From positions 186,001 to 250,000 of the forward strand of contig UYFQ01000010.1 of the NCBI GenBank assembly GCA_900617105.1: a stretch of 64,000 nucleotides of DNA, read 5' to 3'. This DNA is from Hydrurus foetidus (taxonomy: Eukaryota). The position numbers and the translations under genes were made by a program. Below the pieces are notes generated by a model. The model saw only the letters and a program-made list of their open reading frames with translations. It was not told where the DNA came from and did no database searches. Of the stretch, positions 1 through 10,906 are shown piece after piece. Position 1 is the first letter of the stretch; the number at the start of each line of letters is the position of its first letter.

Positions 1-105
1 GTAGCCCACGATGTCGGTGGCGTTGGCCAGCGCTTCGCTGACCTCTGGAGTGATCAGGCGTTCGTCACCCGGCCCCAAGCCGGCAATACAGAGCCAGCCG
101 CTCAT
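1..105 (-). CDS. cobJ: Precorrin-3B C17-methyltransferase, N-terminal part (runs off window edge)
   Basis: Manual translation MSGWLCIAGLGPGDERLITPEVSEALANATDIVGY (tetrapyrrole methylase GLGPG motif); ATG overlaps the cobI stop. Confidence 0.85.
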   Translation of the reverse strand, partial: MSGWLCIAGLGPGDERLITPEVSEALANATDIVGY

Positions 106-833
106 TCCTGTACCTCCGGGCGCCGGCCCTGGCCGTGCACCAGCACGATAGCAAAGTAGGGGCAGTCGTTGCCGTCCACCTCGGCAAGCGGTATCACACG
201 CTGGCCGGGCATGGTGCCGCGTTCCACCAGCCAGGCCTGTGCCAGCCGGCCGGTGGCTTGCAGCGCCCGGCGCACGCGGGGCAGGTTGCGCCCCGTCTTC
301 ATGATGACCAGCGCGTCCGCCGATTGCATGTGCCGCTCCAGCTCCACATCGGGCAAGGTGCCCATGAGTACGGTCATCACGTCATCGCCCCAGGTGATGG
401 GCGTTTGCGTGGCTGACCAGCAGCCCACCATGCCGGGAATGCCCGGGATGACGTCGACCTGTGCACGCCCTTGTAAGCGGGTGTACAGGTGCATGAAGGA
501 GCCGTAGAAAAACGGATCACCCTCACACAGTACGAGCACGTCTTGGGTCTGTGCCAGAGCGGCCAGGCGGTTGGCCCAGTCGTCGTAAAAGGTGGCCAGG
601 CAGTGGATGTACTCGGGGCTGTCAAAGGGCAGCTCGGTGGTGACGGGGTACTCCATGGGGTACTCCACGGCGTGCGGTGCCAGCATGCCCTCCACAATGC
701 GCCGTGCCTGACCGGGGCGCCCTTTTTTGCGGAAATACGCGACATGGCCGGCACTGCGGATGGCGCGGTCGGAGCGAACACTCATCAGATCGGGGTCGCC
801 AGGGCCCAGGCCTGCGCACACTATGCGGCCCAT
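102..833 (-). CDS. cobI: Precorrin-2 C20-methyltransferase
   Basis: C-terminal part of ORF 102..1244 from MGRIVCAGLGPGDPDL; LCEGDPFFYGSFMHL motif; ATG at 833 overlaps the cobH stop. Confidence 0.9.
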   Translation of the reverse strand: MGRIVCAGLGPGDPDLMSVRSDRAIRSAGHVAYFRKKGRPGQARRIVEGMLAPHAVEYPMEYPVTTELPFDSPEYIHCLATFYDDWANRLAALAQTQDVLVLCEGDPFFYGSFMHLYTRLQGRAQVDVIPGIPGMVGCWSATQTPITWGDDVMTVLMGTLPDVELERHMQSADALVIMKTGRNLPRVRRALQATGRLAQAWLVERGTMPGQRVIPLAEVDGNDCPYFAIVLVHGQGRRPEVQE

Positions 834-1465
834 CAAATCTCCCTCCGGCTGGCCAGCGCATTGATGGCCGCCACGGTAATGGCGGAACCTCCCAACCGGC
901 CGCTCACCACCATGGATGGCACCGGCGGGGCAGCCATCAGCGCGGCCTTGGATTCGGCGGCACCGACAAAGCCCACGGGGCAGGCAATGATGGCAGCAGG
1001 CCGTGGGCAGGCCGGGTCTTGCAGCAGGTTCAGCAGGTGAAACAGCGCGGTCGGCGCATTGCCAATGGCCACCACGGCCCCCGCCAGATGCGTGCGCCAC
1101 AGCTCCACAGCGGCCGCGCTGCGGGTGGTGCCCAGCGTGCGGGCCAGTTCGCGTACCTCGGCGTCTTGCAGAGTGCAAATAACGGCGTTGTTGGCGGGCA
1201 ATCGGCTGCGGGTGATGCCTTCGCTCACCATGCGCACGTCGCACAGAATGGGCGCGCCGGCTTCCAGAGCCTCTCGGGTGGCCATAGCCATGCCGGGCGT
1301 GAAGTGGATCTGGGATTCCAGACCCACCATGCCCGAGGCGTGCACCATGCGTACTGCTGCCATTTCTTCCACGGCGTCAAAGCGGGCCAGGTCGGCCTCG
1401 GCGCGGATGATGGCAAACGACTGCCGGTAGATGGCCTCGCCATCGGTTTCATAAATGTGTCGCAT
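833..1465 (-). CDS. cobH: Precorrin-8X methylmutase
   Basis: IYRQSFAIIRAEADL, AIGNAPTALF, PVGFVGAAESK, GRLGGSA motifs. Confidence 0.95.
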   Translation of the reverse strand: MRHIYETDGEAIYRQSFAIIRAEADLARFDAVEEMAAVRMVHASGMVGLESQIHFTPGMAMATREALEAGAPILCDVRMVSEGITRSRLPANNAVICTLQDAEVRELARTLGTTRSAAAVELWRTHLAGAVVAIGNAPTALFHLLNLLQDPACPRPAAIIACPVGFVGAAESKAALMAAPPVPSMVVSGRLGGSAITVAAINALASRREI

Positions 1466-2609
1466 GCGGTAGTTGTTGTATCTGGGTGGCCAGTGCCGCC
1501 GGGGTCAACCCCACCCAGTCGGGTGGGGAGGCGGCATGTCCGTGTTGAATCAGGTCGTACCCGCGTGCGGTTGCGACGACGGTCAGCGCGGCAGCGGGGT
1601 GCGCACAGCCTTTGGTACAGCCGGAGACATGCAGGGTCCGGCCAGTTGGAAGGGATGCCGCCAGTGCGCGGGCCAGCGGCCGTGTGGCTCCCGCTGCCTG
1701 CCCACACCCGGGGGCGCCCGTGCAGGCGCTGATGCGCAAGCGTGTGTCGTCAGCGCTGGTAATAAGGTCTGGCCGTGCAGGTAGCGCTTGCACGCCTTCC
1801 AGCAGCAGGCTGCGCCAGGGTGTCAGGCGCAGGGGCGCCAACTCCGCCAATGTGGCCAGTGTGCTCACATGCAACTGTCCAAACGCTAGTGCGGCGAGAT
1901 AGCCCTGCGGTACGCGGCCCAACGCAGGACGTTGCTGTGTTGCCGTCGGTACCGGTGTGGTGGTGAAACGTTGCGGCAGCATGTGGCTGGCAACCAGGGA
2001 GGCCATGCGTCTGCGCGGGGTGGCTAAGCCGCCAGCCTCGACGAACCACTGCGCCAGCGCCATGGCCAGTGCAACCACCTCCGCCATGTCTGCCTGTGCG
2101 CCAGTGGTGCTTCCATCGGCATACACCAGATAGCCGCTACCGCAGCGTTCAATGCGAATGTCGGCCGGGCTGGTGCGCAGTACTGGCACAGCGCCACAGT
2201 CCAGTGCGAAACCAAATTTTCCAGGGAGCTCGGGGGCCTGTGGTGCATTTAGCGCCTCGGTCAACGTTTCTGCGATGTCGGTTGTGCCGTCGCCTGCTTG
2301 CCAGAACGGAGTCAACAACAGGTTGCGTCGCGATTCGGCCCGCGCATCGGCGTCTACCAAGCCCAATGCCTGCAAGCCTGACAGCAGCGCGGGGTAGTTA
2401 GCCTCATCAATGCCACGCAGTTGCACATTGGCCCGGCTTGTGAGCTCTACGGTGTCTTGTGCGTGGCGGCTGGCCAGGGCTGCAACGCCATGTGCCTGCG
2501 CCTGCGTCAGTCGCCCCAGTGGGGGACGTATTCGGACGACCCAACCGTCTTCAGCCAACATGGGCTGTAGCGCACCGGGGCACCAACCTTGAATGCGCGG
2601 AGAGCTCAT
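1449..2609 (-). CDS. cobG: Precorrin-3B synthase (nitrite/sulfite reductase-like)
   Basis: GWCPGALQPM..DG, ELTSRANVQLRG, ACTGAPGC, HVSGCTKGCA; first gene of cobGHIJ; start uncertain (2609 or 2630). Confidence 0.9.
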   Translation of the reverse strand: MSSPRIQGWCPGALQPMLAEDGWVVRIRPPLGRLTQAQAHGVAALASRHAQDTVELTSRANVQLRGIDEANYPALLSGLQALGLVDADARAESRRNLLLTPFWQAGDGTTDIAETLTEALNAPQAPELPGKFGFALDCGAVPVLRTSPADIRIERCGSGYLVYADGSTTGAQADMAEVVALAMALAQWFVEAGGLATPRRRMASLVASHMLPQRFTTTPVPTATQQRPALGRVPQGYLAALAFGQLHVSTLATLAELAPLRLTPWRSLLLEGVQALPARPDLITSADDTRLRISACTGAPGCGQAAGATRPLARALAASLPTGRTLHVSGCTKGCAHPAAALTVVATARGYDLIQHGHAASPPDWVGLTPAALATQIQQLPHATHL

Positions 2610-2890
2610 GGGGGATATGTCTGAAGCCAATTGCGTGTGCAGCGGTTGCGGTGCCGTAAGGATTTCACAACCGTGCGAATCTATGGAGCCTTGGAGTATC
2701 TCACTATCAAATGGCGATATGAATTTGGCTGAGATGGAGACTGGAATCCTTAGTCCGCAATGCCGAGTATCGAACCCTTGGGTGGCGTTGTGCTCGTCAG
2801 GATGCGGATCGAAAGTCAGGGCATCGTTATGTCCCGCTATTTGCGTGATGAAGTACCAGGAATTGTTGTTTTGTGCATTCAGCGTCTTGC

Positions 2891-3574
2891 TCAGGCCGTG
2901 GGTGCTTGGGCTTGGGTCAGGTAGTGCAATACCAGCTTGTCGTTCTGGCTCAGGTTCTTGAACGCCAGGCCCACAAAGTATTGGTCTTGGCCGGCCGCAC
3001 GGTTGTGGTGGCAGATGCTGCCGGCGAGCTGCAGGCGCACCGGGGTTTCCTCAAACCGCACATTCATGCCCAGTTGCACCAAATCACCAATGCCGCCCAG
3101 CGCTGCGGGGCTGCTGACCATGGCGCCGGCGGGGCTGATATCTACCAACATGAGTTCCAGTGCGGGTGACGCATCGGCCGCGCCCGCAGGCCGTGCCTGG
3201 GTCGGCCAGGAGACCTTGGTACGCATGGACTGGCGCACTTTCTTGGCGTCCACCTGCGCGGGGTAAGCCAACAGGGCATAGGCAAAGGGTTTCTCAAATG
3301 TCTGCAGCACCTTGCTCAAGAACGAGAACTCGTACTGCCCGGTGAAGCCACGCACCACGCACACTTCGCCTTCTTCCAGCCCGGTCTGTGTGGCGTCGGA
3401 GCCCTGCGGCCCAACCATCACCCCCTTGCCTTCGATAGCGCCAAAAAATTGCGCCTCCTTCTTAGTCGCACCTTCGACCAGCCGCCGGGTTTGCAGCGCC
3501 ATGCCAGAGCGCAAGCCCATGGCCTTGAGGGGCATGCGCAAGATGGCGTCAATGGCGGGTTCGGGAGTGTCCAT
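2891..3574 (-). CDS. PilZ-domain (YcgR/flagellar brake-like) c-di-GMP receptor
   Basis: RQSMR (RxxxR) and DISPAG (DxSxxG) PilZ motifs. Confidence 0.8.
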   Translation of the reverse strand: MDTPEPAIDAILRMPLKAMGLRSGMALQTRRLVEGATKKEAQFFGAIEGKGVMVGPQGSDATQTGLEEGEVCVVRGFTGQYEFSFLSKVLQTFEKPFAYALLAYPAQVDAKKVRQSMRTKVSWPTQARPAGAADASPALELMLVDISPAGAMVSSPAALGGIGDLVQLGMNVRFEETPVRLQLAGSICHHNRAAGQDQYFVGLAFKNLSQNDKLVLHYLTQAQAPTA

Positions 3575-3658
3575 GATGATTCGACGGTTAGGTTAGTGGT
3601 CCGTGGCTAAGATACTACATGGCCCGCGACATAGGGGGGCAGGCTGAATGGATTACGT

Positions 3659-4786
3659 ATGAAAACAGAAGCACAGCAGACGATGGAGCAGGTGGACTGC
3701 GTGGTGATTGGCGCAGGCGTGGTGGGGCTTGCCGTGGCGCGCGCGCTGGCGCTGGCCGGGCGCGAGGTCTTGGTGCTGGAAGCTTGCGAAGCGTTTGGTA
3801 CGCAAACCAGCGCGCGCAATAGCGAGGTCATCCACGCCGGCATTTACTACCCCGAGGGTTCGCTCAAGGCGCGGCTTTGCGTGCGTGGCAAACAGCTGCT
3901 GTATGACTACTGCGCCGAGCGGGGCCTGCCGCACCAGCGCTGCGGCAAATTCATCGTGGCGACCGATGCCACGCAGGTGGCGCAGCTGCAGGGGATTCAG
4001 GCCAGGGCAGCTGCCAACGGCGTGACCGACCTAGTGTTGCTGGACGCCGCCCAAGCCCGCGCCGCCGAGCCGCAGCTGCAGTGCCTGGCGGCCTTGCATT
4101 CGCCATCTACCGGCATTGTGGACAGCCACGCGTTCATGTTGTCCTTGTTGGGGGATTTGGAGCGCGTTGGTGGTGTTTTGGCACTAAATTCACCTCTAGC
4201 CCGCGCAGATATTGCGCCAGGCGCTATTGATTTAATAGCGGAAGATGGTACCCGCTTGCGGGCCAATGCGGTGGTGAATGCGGCTGGGGTTTCTGCGCCT
4301 GCATTGGCTGCCCGCTTTACCGGGCTGGCACCGCAGCACGTGCCGAAGGCGCATTTTGCCAAGGGCAATTACTTCACCTTGGCGGGGCGCAGCCCGTTCT
4401 CGCGCCTGATTTACCCGGTGCCCGAGGTGGCAGGGCTGGGTGTGCACCTGACCATCGACTTGGGTGGCCAGGCACGTTTTGGTCCCGACGTGCAATGGGT
4501 GGACGATCCGCAGGACTTGGAAGTGGACCCGGCACGTGGCGATGCGTTTTATGCCGAGGTGCGCAAGTACTGGCCAGCCTTGCCCGACGGCGCGCTGTTG
4601 CCCGCCTACGCGGGCATACGGCCCAAGATCCATGGCCCGGGCATGCCGGCGTCAGACTTTGTGATTCAGGGCTCGGCGGTCCACGGCGTGCCGGGGCTGG
4701 TGAACCTGTTTGGTATCGAGTCTCCGGGGCTGACCAGTTCGTTGGCGATTGCGGAGCATGTTGCCGCCATACTGCACGTAGCCTGA
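3659..4786 (+). CDS. FAD-dependent oxidoreductase, L-2-hydroxyglutarate oxidase-like
   Basis: GAGVVG Rossmann motif, [25 protein letters not shown]. Confidence 0.85.
   Translation: MKTEAQQTMEQVDCVVIGAGVVGLAVARALALAGREVLVLEACEAFGTQTSARNSEVIHAGIYYPEGSLKARLCVRGKQLLYDYCAERGLPHQRCGKFIVATDATQVAQLQGIQARAAANGVTDLVLLDAAQARAAEPQLQCLAALHSPSTGIVDSHAFMLSLLGDLERVGGVLALNSPLARADIAPGAIDLIAEDGTRLRANAVVNAAGVSAPALAARFTGLAPQHVPKAHFAKGNYFTLAGRSPFSRLIYPVPEVAGLGVHLTIDLGGQARFGPDVQWVDDPQDLEVDPARGDAFYAEVRKYWPALPDGALLPAYAGIRPKIHGPGMPASDFVIQGSAVHGVPGLVNLFGIESPGLTSSLAIAEHVAAILHVA
4186..4240 (-). repeat. Dispersed fixed-spacing repeat, copy in-frame in the oxidoreductase
   Basis: Reverse complement gctattaaatcaatagc-gcctg-gcgc-N13-gctag fits GCT-N11-AGC-N5-GCGC-N13-GCT. 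Confidence 0.75.
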
Positions 4787-4789
4787 TCG

Positions 4790-4846
4790 TGCTATGGTTT
4801 CAGGAGCTTCTGGCGCAATATTGACGCGGGCTAGCTGCTCTTTTTC
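4790..4846 (+). repeat. Dispersed fixed-spacing repeat, copy overlapping the pyrD stop
   Basis: gctatggtttcaggagc-ttctg-gcgc-aatattgacgcgg-gctag. Confidence 0.8.
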
Positions 4847-5893
4847 TTCATGGCCTTGATGGCCAGCGCCGCATCCTTGACCAGTTGCGGGCCGCTGTAG
4901 ATCAGCCCGGTGTAGATCTGCACCACGTCGGCACCCGCTGTGATTTTGCTGACCGCATCGGCGGCCGTCATGATGCCGCCCACGCCAATGATGGGGAAAT
5001 CCTTGCCCAGCGCGGCACGCAGTTGGGCAATCACCGCGTGCGTTGCTGGCCTCCAGCACGGGGGCGCCGCTGAGGCCGCCCATTTCTTCGCTGTGCGCCA
5101 TGCCTTTCACCGCTTCGCGGCTGAGCGTCGTGTTGGTGGCAATCACGCCGTCCATGCTGTGGCGGTGCAGGGTGGCTGCTATCACTTTGATTTGTTCAGC
5201 GTCCAAATCGGGGGCGATTTTGACGAACAGGGGGACGCGCTTTTGGTGGGTTTGTTCCAGGGCTTTACGGCGTTCAGCCAAGGCACCCAGCAGGCCGTCG
5301 AGCGCGGCATCGCTTTGCAACTCGCGCAGGTTTTTGGTGTTGGGGCTGGAGATGTTGACGGTGACGTAATCGGCGTGCGGGTAGACGCCGTCCAGGCCGA
5401 TCAAGTAATCGTCGGTGGCCCGCTCAATGGGGGTGGCGGCGTTTTTGCCGATGTTCAGGCCCAACAGCATCGAGGCTTTTTTGCTACGAAAAGTGGAGCG
5501 CTGTACGTTGGCTATGAAAGCGTCCAAGCCTTCATTGTTGAACCCCAATCGGTTGATGAGCGCGTTCGCTTGGGGCAGGCGGAACATGCGGGGCTTGGGG
5601 TTGCCGGGTTGGGCCAAGGGGGTGACGGTGCCGACCTCGACAAAGCCAAAACCCATCGCACCCAGACCGTCGATGCAGCGGGCGTTTTTATCCAGACCTG
5701 CGGCCAAGCCCACGCGGTTGGGGAAGCGCAGGCCAGCAAGGGTGATCGGGTCGTCTACCAAGCTGTTGCAGTAAGCCCATTCCAGCGGCGTGCCCTGCGC
5801 GCGGGCCAGGGTGTGCATGGTGAGTTCGTGGGCGGTTTCGGCATCGAGGCCAAAGAGAAAGGGGCGGGCGAGGGCGTAGGGGAGTAAGGGCAT
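4831..5893 (-). CDS. pyrD: Quinone-dependent dihydroorotate dehydrogenase, frameshifted near 5040
   Basis: [29 protein letters not shown]-terminus (IIGVGGI...VQIYTG) is in another frame because of a GCGT tandem duplication at 5036-5043. Confidence 0.9.
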
Positions 5894-5966
5894 AGGGGAT
5901 AATTTTACGAACTCCTTTCCTCTGTTCTTTAACTTTCCCTTCCTTCTTCACTGAATTGACCTCCCC

Positions 5967-6641
5967 ATGACCCAAGACGAACTCAAAACCCTGGTAGGCC
6001 TTGCGGCCCTGCACTACGTGCCTGACGGCGAAATCGTGGGCGTGGGCACCGGCTCCACCGTGAACAAATTCATCGAGGCGCTGGCCACCATCAAACACCG
6101 CGTGAAAGCCACCGTGTCCAGCTCAGTCGCGTCCACTGAGCGCCTCCAAGCACTGGGTTTTACTGTGTTGAACTGCAACGAGGTGGGTGAGCTGGCGGTC
6201 TACATCGACGGTGCCGACGAGATTGACGACCACGGTTACATGGTCAAAGGGGGCGGTGCTGCGTTGACGCGCGAAAAAATCGTTGCCGCGCAGTCCCGCC
6301 GTTTCATTTGCATTGCAGACGAGTCCAAGCTGGTGTCTGCGCTCGGTGCGTTCCCCTTGCCTGTGGAGGTGATTCCGATGGCGTCCAGCCGCATCACCCG
6401 TCAGTTTGCAGCGATGGGCGGCAAAGCCACCTTGCGTCTGGACAAACAAGGTAAGCCACTGGTGACCGACAACGACCAGCACATTCTGGATGTGACGGGC
6501 CTGCGCTTGACCGATCCGCTGGCGTTTGAAACCCAGGTCAACCAGTGGCCGGGCGTGGTGACGGTGGGGGTGTTCGCTCAGCAAAAAGCCCAGGTCTGTT
6601 TGCTGGCGACCGCTCAGGGTGTGAAGACGCTGACTTTTTAA
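5967..6641 (+). CDS. rpiA: Ribose-5-phosphate isomerase A
   Basis: [24 protein letters not shown] motifs. Confidence 0.97.
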   Translation: MTQDELKTLVGLAALHYVPDGEIVGVGTGSTVNKFIEALATIKHRVKATVSSSVASTERLQALGFTVLNCNEVGELAVYIDGADEIDDHGYMVKGGGAALTREKIVAAQSRRFICIADESKLVSALGAFPLPVEVIPMASSRITRQFAAMGGKATLRLDKQGKPLVTDNDQHILDVTGLRLTDPLAFETQVNQWPGVVTVGVFAQQKAQVCLLATAQGVKTLTF

Positions 6642-7267
6642 ATCTGCGCGGCGGGCGCCGTCATCATGCGTTCCACATAGCGCGCGATGAGGTCAATTTC
6701 CAGGTTTACTTTTTTGCCCACGGCCAGCGTGTGCAGCGCCGTATTTTCCACTGTGTGGGGAATCAGGTTGATGCTGACCTCGCAGCCGCCCGCCACATCG
6801 GCAATGCGGTTCACGGTCAGGCTCACGCCGTTGACGGTGATGGAGCCCTTGTAGGCCAGGTACTTGCCCAGCCCCACGGGCGCCAGCACGCGCAGTTCCC
6901 AGCTTTCGCCCACCTGGGCAAAGTGGGTCACCGTGCCCATGCCATCCACATGGCCCGACACCAGGTGTCCGCCCAGGCGGTCATGCGCGCGCAGTGCTTT
7001 TTCCAGGTTGATGGGCCCCAGCGCATCCAGCCCGGCGGTCTTGTCCAGCGATTCGGCGGATATGTCGATGGTGAATTGTTTTTGGGCCACATCCAAGGTG
7101 GTGACCGTCATGCAGGCGCCGTTCAGCGCAATGCTGTCGCCTAAGCCCACATCGTCCAGATAGCCGTCAGGCGTCTGGATGGTCAGGCGCTTGCCATGGG
7201 TTGCAGATTCGCCCAGTGCCTGGACGGCGGAAATGCGGCCTAGGCCGGTGATGATGCCTGTGAACAT
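6638..7267 (-). CDS. ribE: Riboflavin synthase (alpha chain)
   Basis: MFTGII N-terminus, [24 protein letters not shown] (called ribC in E. coli). Confidence 0.95.
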   Translation of the reverse strand: MFTGIITGLGRISAVQALGESATHGKRLTIQTPDGYLDDVGLGDSIALNGACMTVTTLDVAQKQFTIDISAESLDKTAGLDALGPINLEKALRAHDRLGGHLVSGHVDGMGTVTHFAQVGESWELRVLAPVGLGKYLAYKGSITVNGVSLTVNRIADVAGGCEVSINLIPHTVENTALHTLAVGKKVNLEIDLIARYVERMMTAPAAQI

Positions 7268-7322
7268 GGATCCATTTTCGCAGGGAAAGGGCAGGGCGCC
7301 GGTCTCCGGGGTGGCAAAAACC

Positions 7323-8492
7323 CTAGAAGAACTCGCGCCCTTGCACGCGCGCGACGATGCGCAGGTCTGGCCCCACCATCTCGGTGGATTTGAAATCCAG
7401 CGCCACGCCCTGCGCCAGTTCTGTCAGAGGGCCTATGTTGAACATGCCCGCGCCCTGGCCCAGCAGCTTGGGGGCGAGGTACACGACAAACTCGTCCACC
7501 AAGCCCTCGCGCACCAGCGATCCATTCAGTTTGAAGCCCGCCTCCACATGCAGCTCGTTGATTTCGCGCAGGCCCAAATCTCTGAGCATGGCCGCCAAGT
7601 CCACCTTGCCAGTGGGCTGGCCTTGGGCGTCGCTGCCGGGCAGATATATCACCTTGGCCCCCAGTGCTTCCAGCGCAGCTTGTTTTTCATCATTTTTGGC
7701 CATAGCGTAGATGAACACTGCGCGACCAGCTATGAAAAAAGGAGCGTCCAACGGTGTCTGCAAGTTGCTGTCTACGATCACCAGATGCGGCTGGCGCGGT
7801 GTTTCTACCAAGCGCACATCCAGCCGTGGTCTATCCGCCAGCACGGTGCCTATGCCAGTCAAGACGGCGCACGACCGGGCGCGCCAAGCGTGGCCATCTG
7901 CACGCGCCTCGGGGGAGGTGATCCACTGGCTGGCACCGTTGTCCAGCGCCGTGGTGCCGTCCAGGGAGGCGGCTACTTTCATGCGCACCCAAGGCGTCTT
8001 GCGGATCATGCGGCTGAAGAAGCCTATGTTGAGTTCGCGCGAGGCGATCGCCAGCGGATCGGTGGGGTCTAGCACCTCCACTTCCACACCCGCAGCGCGC
8101 AGCCGCGCAAAGCCTTGGCCGCTGACCAGGGGGTTGGGGTCCAGGTTGGTCGCCACTACCTTCTTGATACCTGCCGCGATTAATGCGTCGCAGCAGGGAC
8201 CGGTGCGGCCGTGGTGGGAGCAGGGTTCTAAAGTTACATAGGCCGTGGCACCGACCACGGAGTGGCCCTGGGCTGCGGCATCGCGTAAGGCCATGATTTC
8301 GGCGTGGGGGCCGCCGGCGCGTTGGGTGTGGCCTTGGCCGACTATTGCTCCGTTTGATTGAATCAATAAGCACCCGACCCCAGGATTAGGGGAGGTTGTG
8401 AAGCTGCAGGTTTCCGCTAACTCAAAAGCCTTTGCAAAATATATCGGGTGTTTATTGCTGTCGTTGTCAGACATCGCTTTTTTGGGAGTCAT
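7323..8492 (-). CDS. ribD: Riboflavin biosynthesis bifunctional deaminase/reductase
   Basis: SPNPGVG, HAE, TLEPCSHHGRTGPC, SLDG, WIT motifs; start uncertain (8492 or 8474). Confidence 0.95.
   Translation of the reverse strand: MTPKKAMSDNDSNKHPIYFAKAFELAETCSFTTSPNPGVGCLLIQSNGAIVGQGHTQRAGGPHAEIMALRDAAAQGHSVVGATAYVTLEPCSHHGRTGPCCDALIAAGIKKVVATNLDPNPLVSGQGFARLRAAGVEVEVLDPTDPLAIASRELNIGFFSRMIRKTPWVRMKVAASLDGTTALDNGASQWITSPEARADGHAWRARSCAVLTGIGTVLADRPRLDVRLVETPRQPHLVIVDSNLQTPLDAPFFIAGRAVFIYAMAKNDEKQAALEALGAKVIYLPGSDAQGQPTGKVDLAAMLRDLGLREINELHVEAGFKLNGSLVREGLVDEFVVYLAPKLLGQGAGMFNIGPLTELAQGVALDFKSTEMVGPDLRIVARVQGREFF
7691..7746 (-). repeat. Dispersed fixed-spacing repeat, copy in-frame in ribD
   Basis: Minus strand gctccttttttcatagc-tggtc-gcgc-agtgttcatctac-gcta; encodes APFFIAGRAVFIYA. 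Confidence 0.7.
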
Positions 8493-8567
8493 GCCGTTGA
8501 TATCTCAGGTTTCGCCGTTTGTCGGCTGCAGTGCGTCAACTATGATTTTGCAGAATACGATGTCCGT

Positions 8568-9215
8568 ATGGAAAGATTTTTTCGTTCATCGCTTTATTCT
8601 CGCAGGCTAGGTACCCGCGTCCTTCCGAGGCCCCTATTGATCAAAAGGTCTTCTGGCTTCACGCTGGTCGAAACAATGGTTGTGGTGGCGATCGTTGCAA
8701 TATTGGGCTCGATCGCTGTTCCTTCGTTCCAGGAGATGATTCGGAAGAATCGGTTGACCGCAGCATCTTCCGCCTTGCAAGTTTCGTTGAATCTTGCTCG
8801 GTCGGAGGCAGTGAAGCGAGGAACAGATGCCCGCGTGACGATTGCCCCAAATGGTTCCGTAGGTAACTGGACTGGAGGGTGGACTGTATTTGTTGATGGC
8901 ACCTCGAACGCCAACGGGGCCGTAGCACCCTCGGCAGACAGCGCATCAAGTTGCGTCAGCAATTGCGTTTCAAGGCTGGAAGTTGTCGCCGCGCCAGCAG
9001 GGGCGCCGAGTTTTTCTCAAACGGGAACTGTTAATTACTTCACGTACAACGGACAGGGGCGTCTCATTGATGTTTCGGGTGCAGGTGTTGTAAACCGTTC
9101 CGTTTGGTTCTCGGATGGGGCCAGTGAAAAATACTGCCTGATTATTAACAACACGGGGCGCGTAAGGACTGCTCGAGTTGCAGATTCCGTAACCTGTGCC
9201 AGCGCAGGTTCCTGA
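8568..9215 (+). CDS. fimT: Type IV minor pilin FimT/FimU (GspH family)
   Basis: GFTLVETMVVVAIVAIL N-methylation motif and ARSEAVKR; start uncertain. Confidence 0.85.
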   Translation: MERFFRSSLYSRRLGTRVLPRPLLIKRSSGFTLVETMVVVAIVAILGSIAVPSFQEMIRKNRLTAASSALQVSLNLARSEAVKRGTDARVTIAPNGSVGNWTGGWTVFVDGTSNANGAVAPSADSASSCVSNCVSRLEVVAAPAGAPSFSQTGTVNYFTYNGQGRLIDVSGAGVVNRSVWFSDGASEKYCLIINNTGRVRTARVADSVTCASAGS

Positions 9216-9231
9216 AGTAATGGGAAATTAA

Positions 9232-9738
9232 ATGAAGCGAACTACCCAACTGCAACACGCAATAATACAAAAAGGTTTCAGCCTCATCGAAGTTTTGGTA
9301 ACCATGGTAATCCTTGCTTTCGGTTTACTGGGTGTGGCGGGGTTACTGGTTGGCGGTGTTTCTAATTCTGCAGGTTCAGAGGCATTTTCTAAGGCGAGCC
9401 AATTGGCTGCGGATATGGCAGATCGCATACGCGCAAATCCCACAGCTGCTCTGTCTGCCAGTAGCGAATACAACCTGGCCTACACAGACTCAATTCCAAA
9501 CGCGCCGACGACCATTGCTCTGAGTGACAAGAAGGTCTGGATGGAGGCGCTTGCGGCTCAGCTACCACAAGGAAAGGGGCGAATTGTTAGTACTGTAGGT
9601 GCCGGCCAGCGGCAATACGACATATATGTCCGGTGGTCGAATTGTCTTGGAACGTTACTCAGTGATGCGGCACTGACAGCGTGTGAGACTAATTCAAGTG
9701 CAGCCTTTAGGGAATTGCGTATGGAGCTGAGGTTATGA
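9232..9738 (+). CDS. pilV: Type IV pilus modification protein PilV
   Basis: GFSLIEVLVTMVILAFGLLG; DMADRIRAN. Confidence 0.9.
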   Translation: MKRTTQLQHAIIQKGFSLIEVLVTMVILAFGLLGVAGLLVGGVSNSAGSEAFSKASQLAADMADRIRANPTAALSASSEYNLAYTDSIPNAPTTIALSDKKVWMEALAAQLPQGKGRIVSTVGAGQRQYDIYVRWSNCLGTLLSDAALTACETNSSAAFRELRMELRL

Positions 9739-10901
9739 GGCGGGCAAAAAACATGGCGCGAGGCAGTTCACTCGGGGTAACACTCGTCGAATTGATGGTC
9801 TCGATTGCCATTGGCTTGCTTGTACTGGTTGGTTTGTCGGCGGTGTATGTGGCAGCAAAGTCGACCTTTCGTTTCCAAGAAACTTCGGGTCGGTTGCAGG
9901 AAGATGCAACCTTTGCGTTAGACACCATATCACGCGATTTGCGCATGGCAGGCTTTGCTGGCTGCAGGGGAGTATCTGCTGAGGCAGGACCGACTTATTA
10001 CCCTATTATGTCGTTGTCCAGCGCCTCTGCGGCCATTGATGGGCCTAATCCCATGGCAACAGTGGTTAGTAGCGCAGATCCTAATTACGCTTTGGTGGCG
10101 CTTAAACCACTTTCTCCACAGAACTTCATCAGAGGTTTCGACAGCGTCCAGGCTAGTATGTTCGCTTCGGGTCAGGCCCCAGTGTCCGGAACGACAGGCA
10201 GTCTATTCTTTTCAGCAGCGAGTTCCAAGGCGGTGTCGGTTACCGCTGCCATGACAAGTGGAACCAGCAACCTCACAATTGGTGCTGATGCGTTTGGTTG
10301 GGCTGGCGCTACAGCGAACAGTGGCGTCTACACCATGGTTGTTTCGGACTGTGTAACCTCCAATGTGTTTGCAGGAAAAATAGCTGGTGGGGGTGCGCAG
10401 ATTGACCACAGCGCAGCAATGGGTAATGCCACAGGCGCGTTTGTTGGCGGCGCACAGTACGGAGTCGATGCTTTGGTGATGCCATTGGAGTGGAGTTACT
10501 ACTACGTGGCCACCCGCGCCGGTGCAGCAACGCCCAGTCTGTACCGCGTCTTTTACGATGGCAACGAGCGTAAGACGCCGGAGGAATTGGTCGCGAATGT
10601 TGAGACCATCAAGTTTCACTATGGTGAAAACACTGCCAATGACTTGACCACAGGGGCGCCTACCCTGCATGCCGATGTGTGGCGTACCTCGGCGGCCTCG
10701 GTGACCGACTGGTCGCGTGTAGTAGCTGTTCGCGTTGGAATCATGATGCTCAGTGACGATCAAAACGCAAATCCAGATGTGACTGCATCGCCAACGCTAT
10801 TGGGTCAAACCTATACGATACCAACAGGAGCTTCTGCTAGCCGCTTGCGTAAAGAGTTTTCCACGACTGTCGTGCTTAGAAACCGCGTTGCTGCACGTTA
10901 A
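9735..10901 (+). CDS. pilW: Type IV minor pilin PilW
   Basis: GVTLVELMVSIAIGL, DLRMAGFAGC, C-terminal FSTTVVLRNR. Confidence 0.9.
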   Translation: MRRAKNMARGSSLGVTLVELMVSIAIGLLVLVGLSAVYVAAKSTFRFQETSGRLQEDATFALDTISRDLRMAGFAGCRGVSAEAGPTYYPIMSLSSASAAIDGPNPMATVVSSADPNYALVALKPLSPQNFIRGFDSVQASMFASGQAPVSGTTGSLFFSAASSKAVSVTAAMTSGTSNLTIGADAFGWAGATANSGVYTMVVSDCVTSNVFAGKIAGGGAQIDHSAAMGNATGAFVGGAQYGVDALVMPLEWSYYYVATRAGAATPSLYRVFYDGNERKTPEELVANVETIKFHYGENTANDLTTGAPTLHADVWRTSAASVTDWSRVVAVRVGIMMLSDDQNANPDVTASPTLLGQTYTIPTGASASRLRKEFSTTVVLRNRVAAR

Positions 10902-10906
10902 TCGAG

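Noticed and set aside
834..1244. N-terminal extension of the 380-aa ORF 102..1244
   Set aside because: It is an alternate frame over cobH; cobI starts at 833.
2631..2890. Cobalamin riboswitch expected upstream of cobG
   Set aside because: I could not find the GGGAA, GCCACTG or B12-box elements on the minus strand; cmsearch with RF00174 would settle it.
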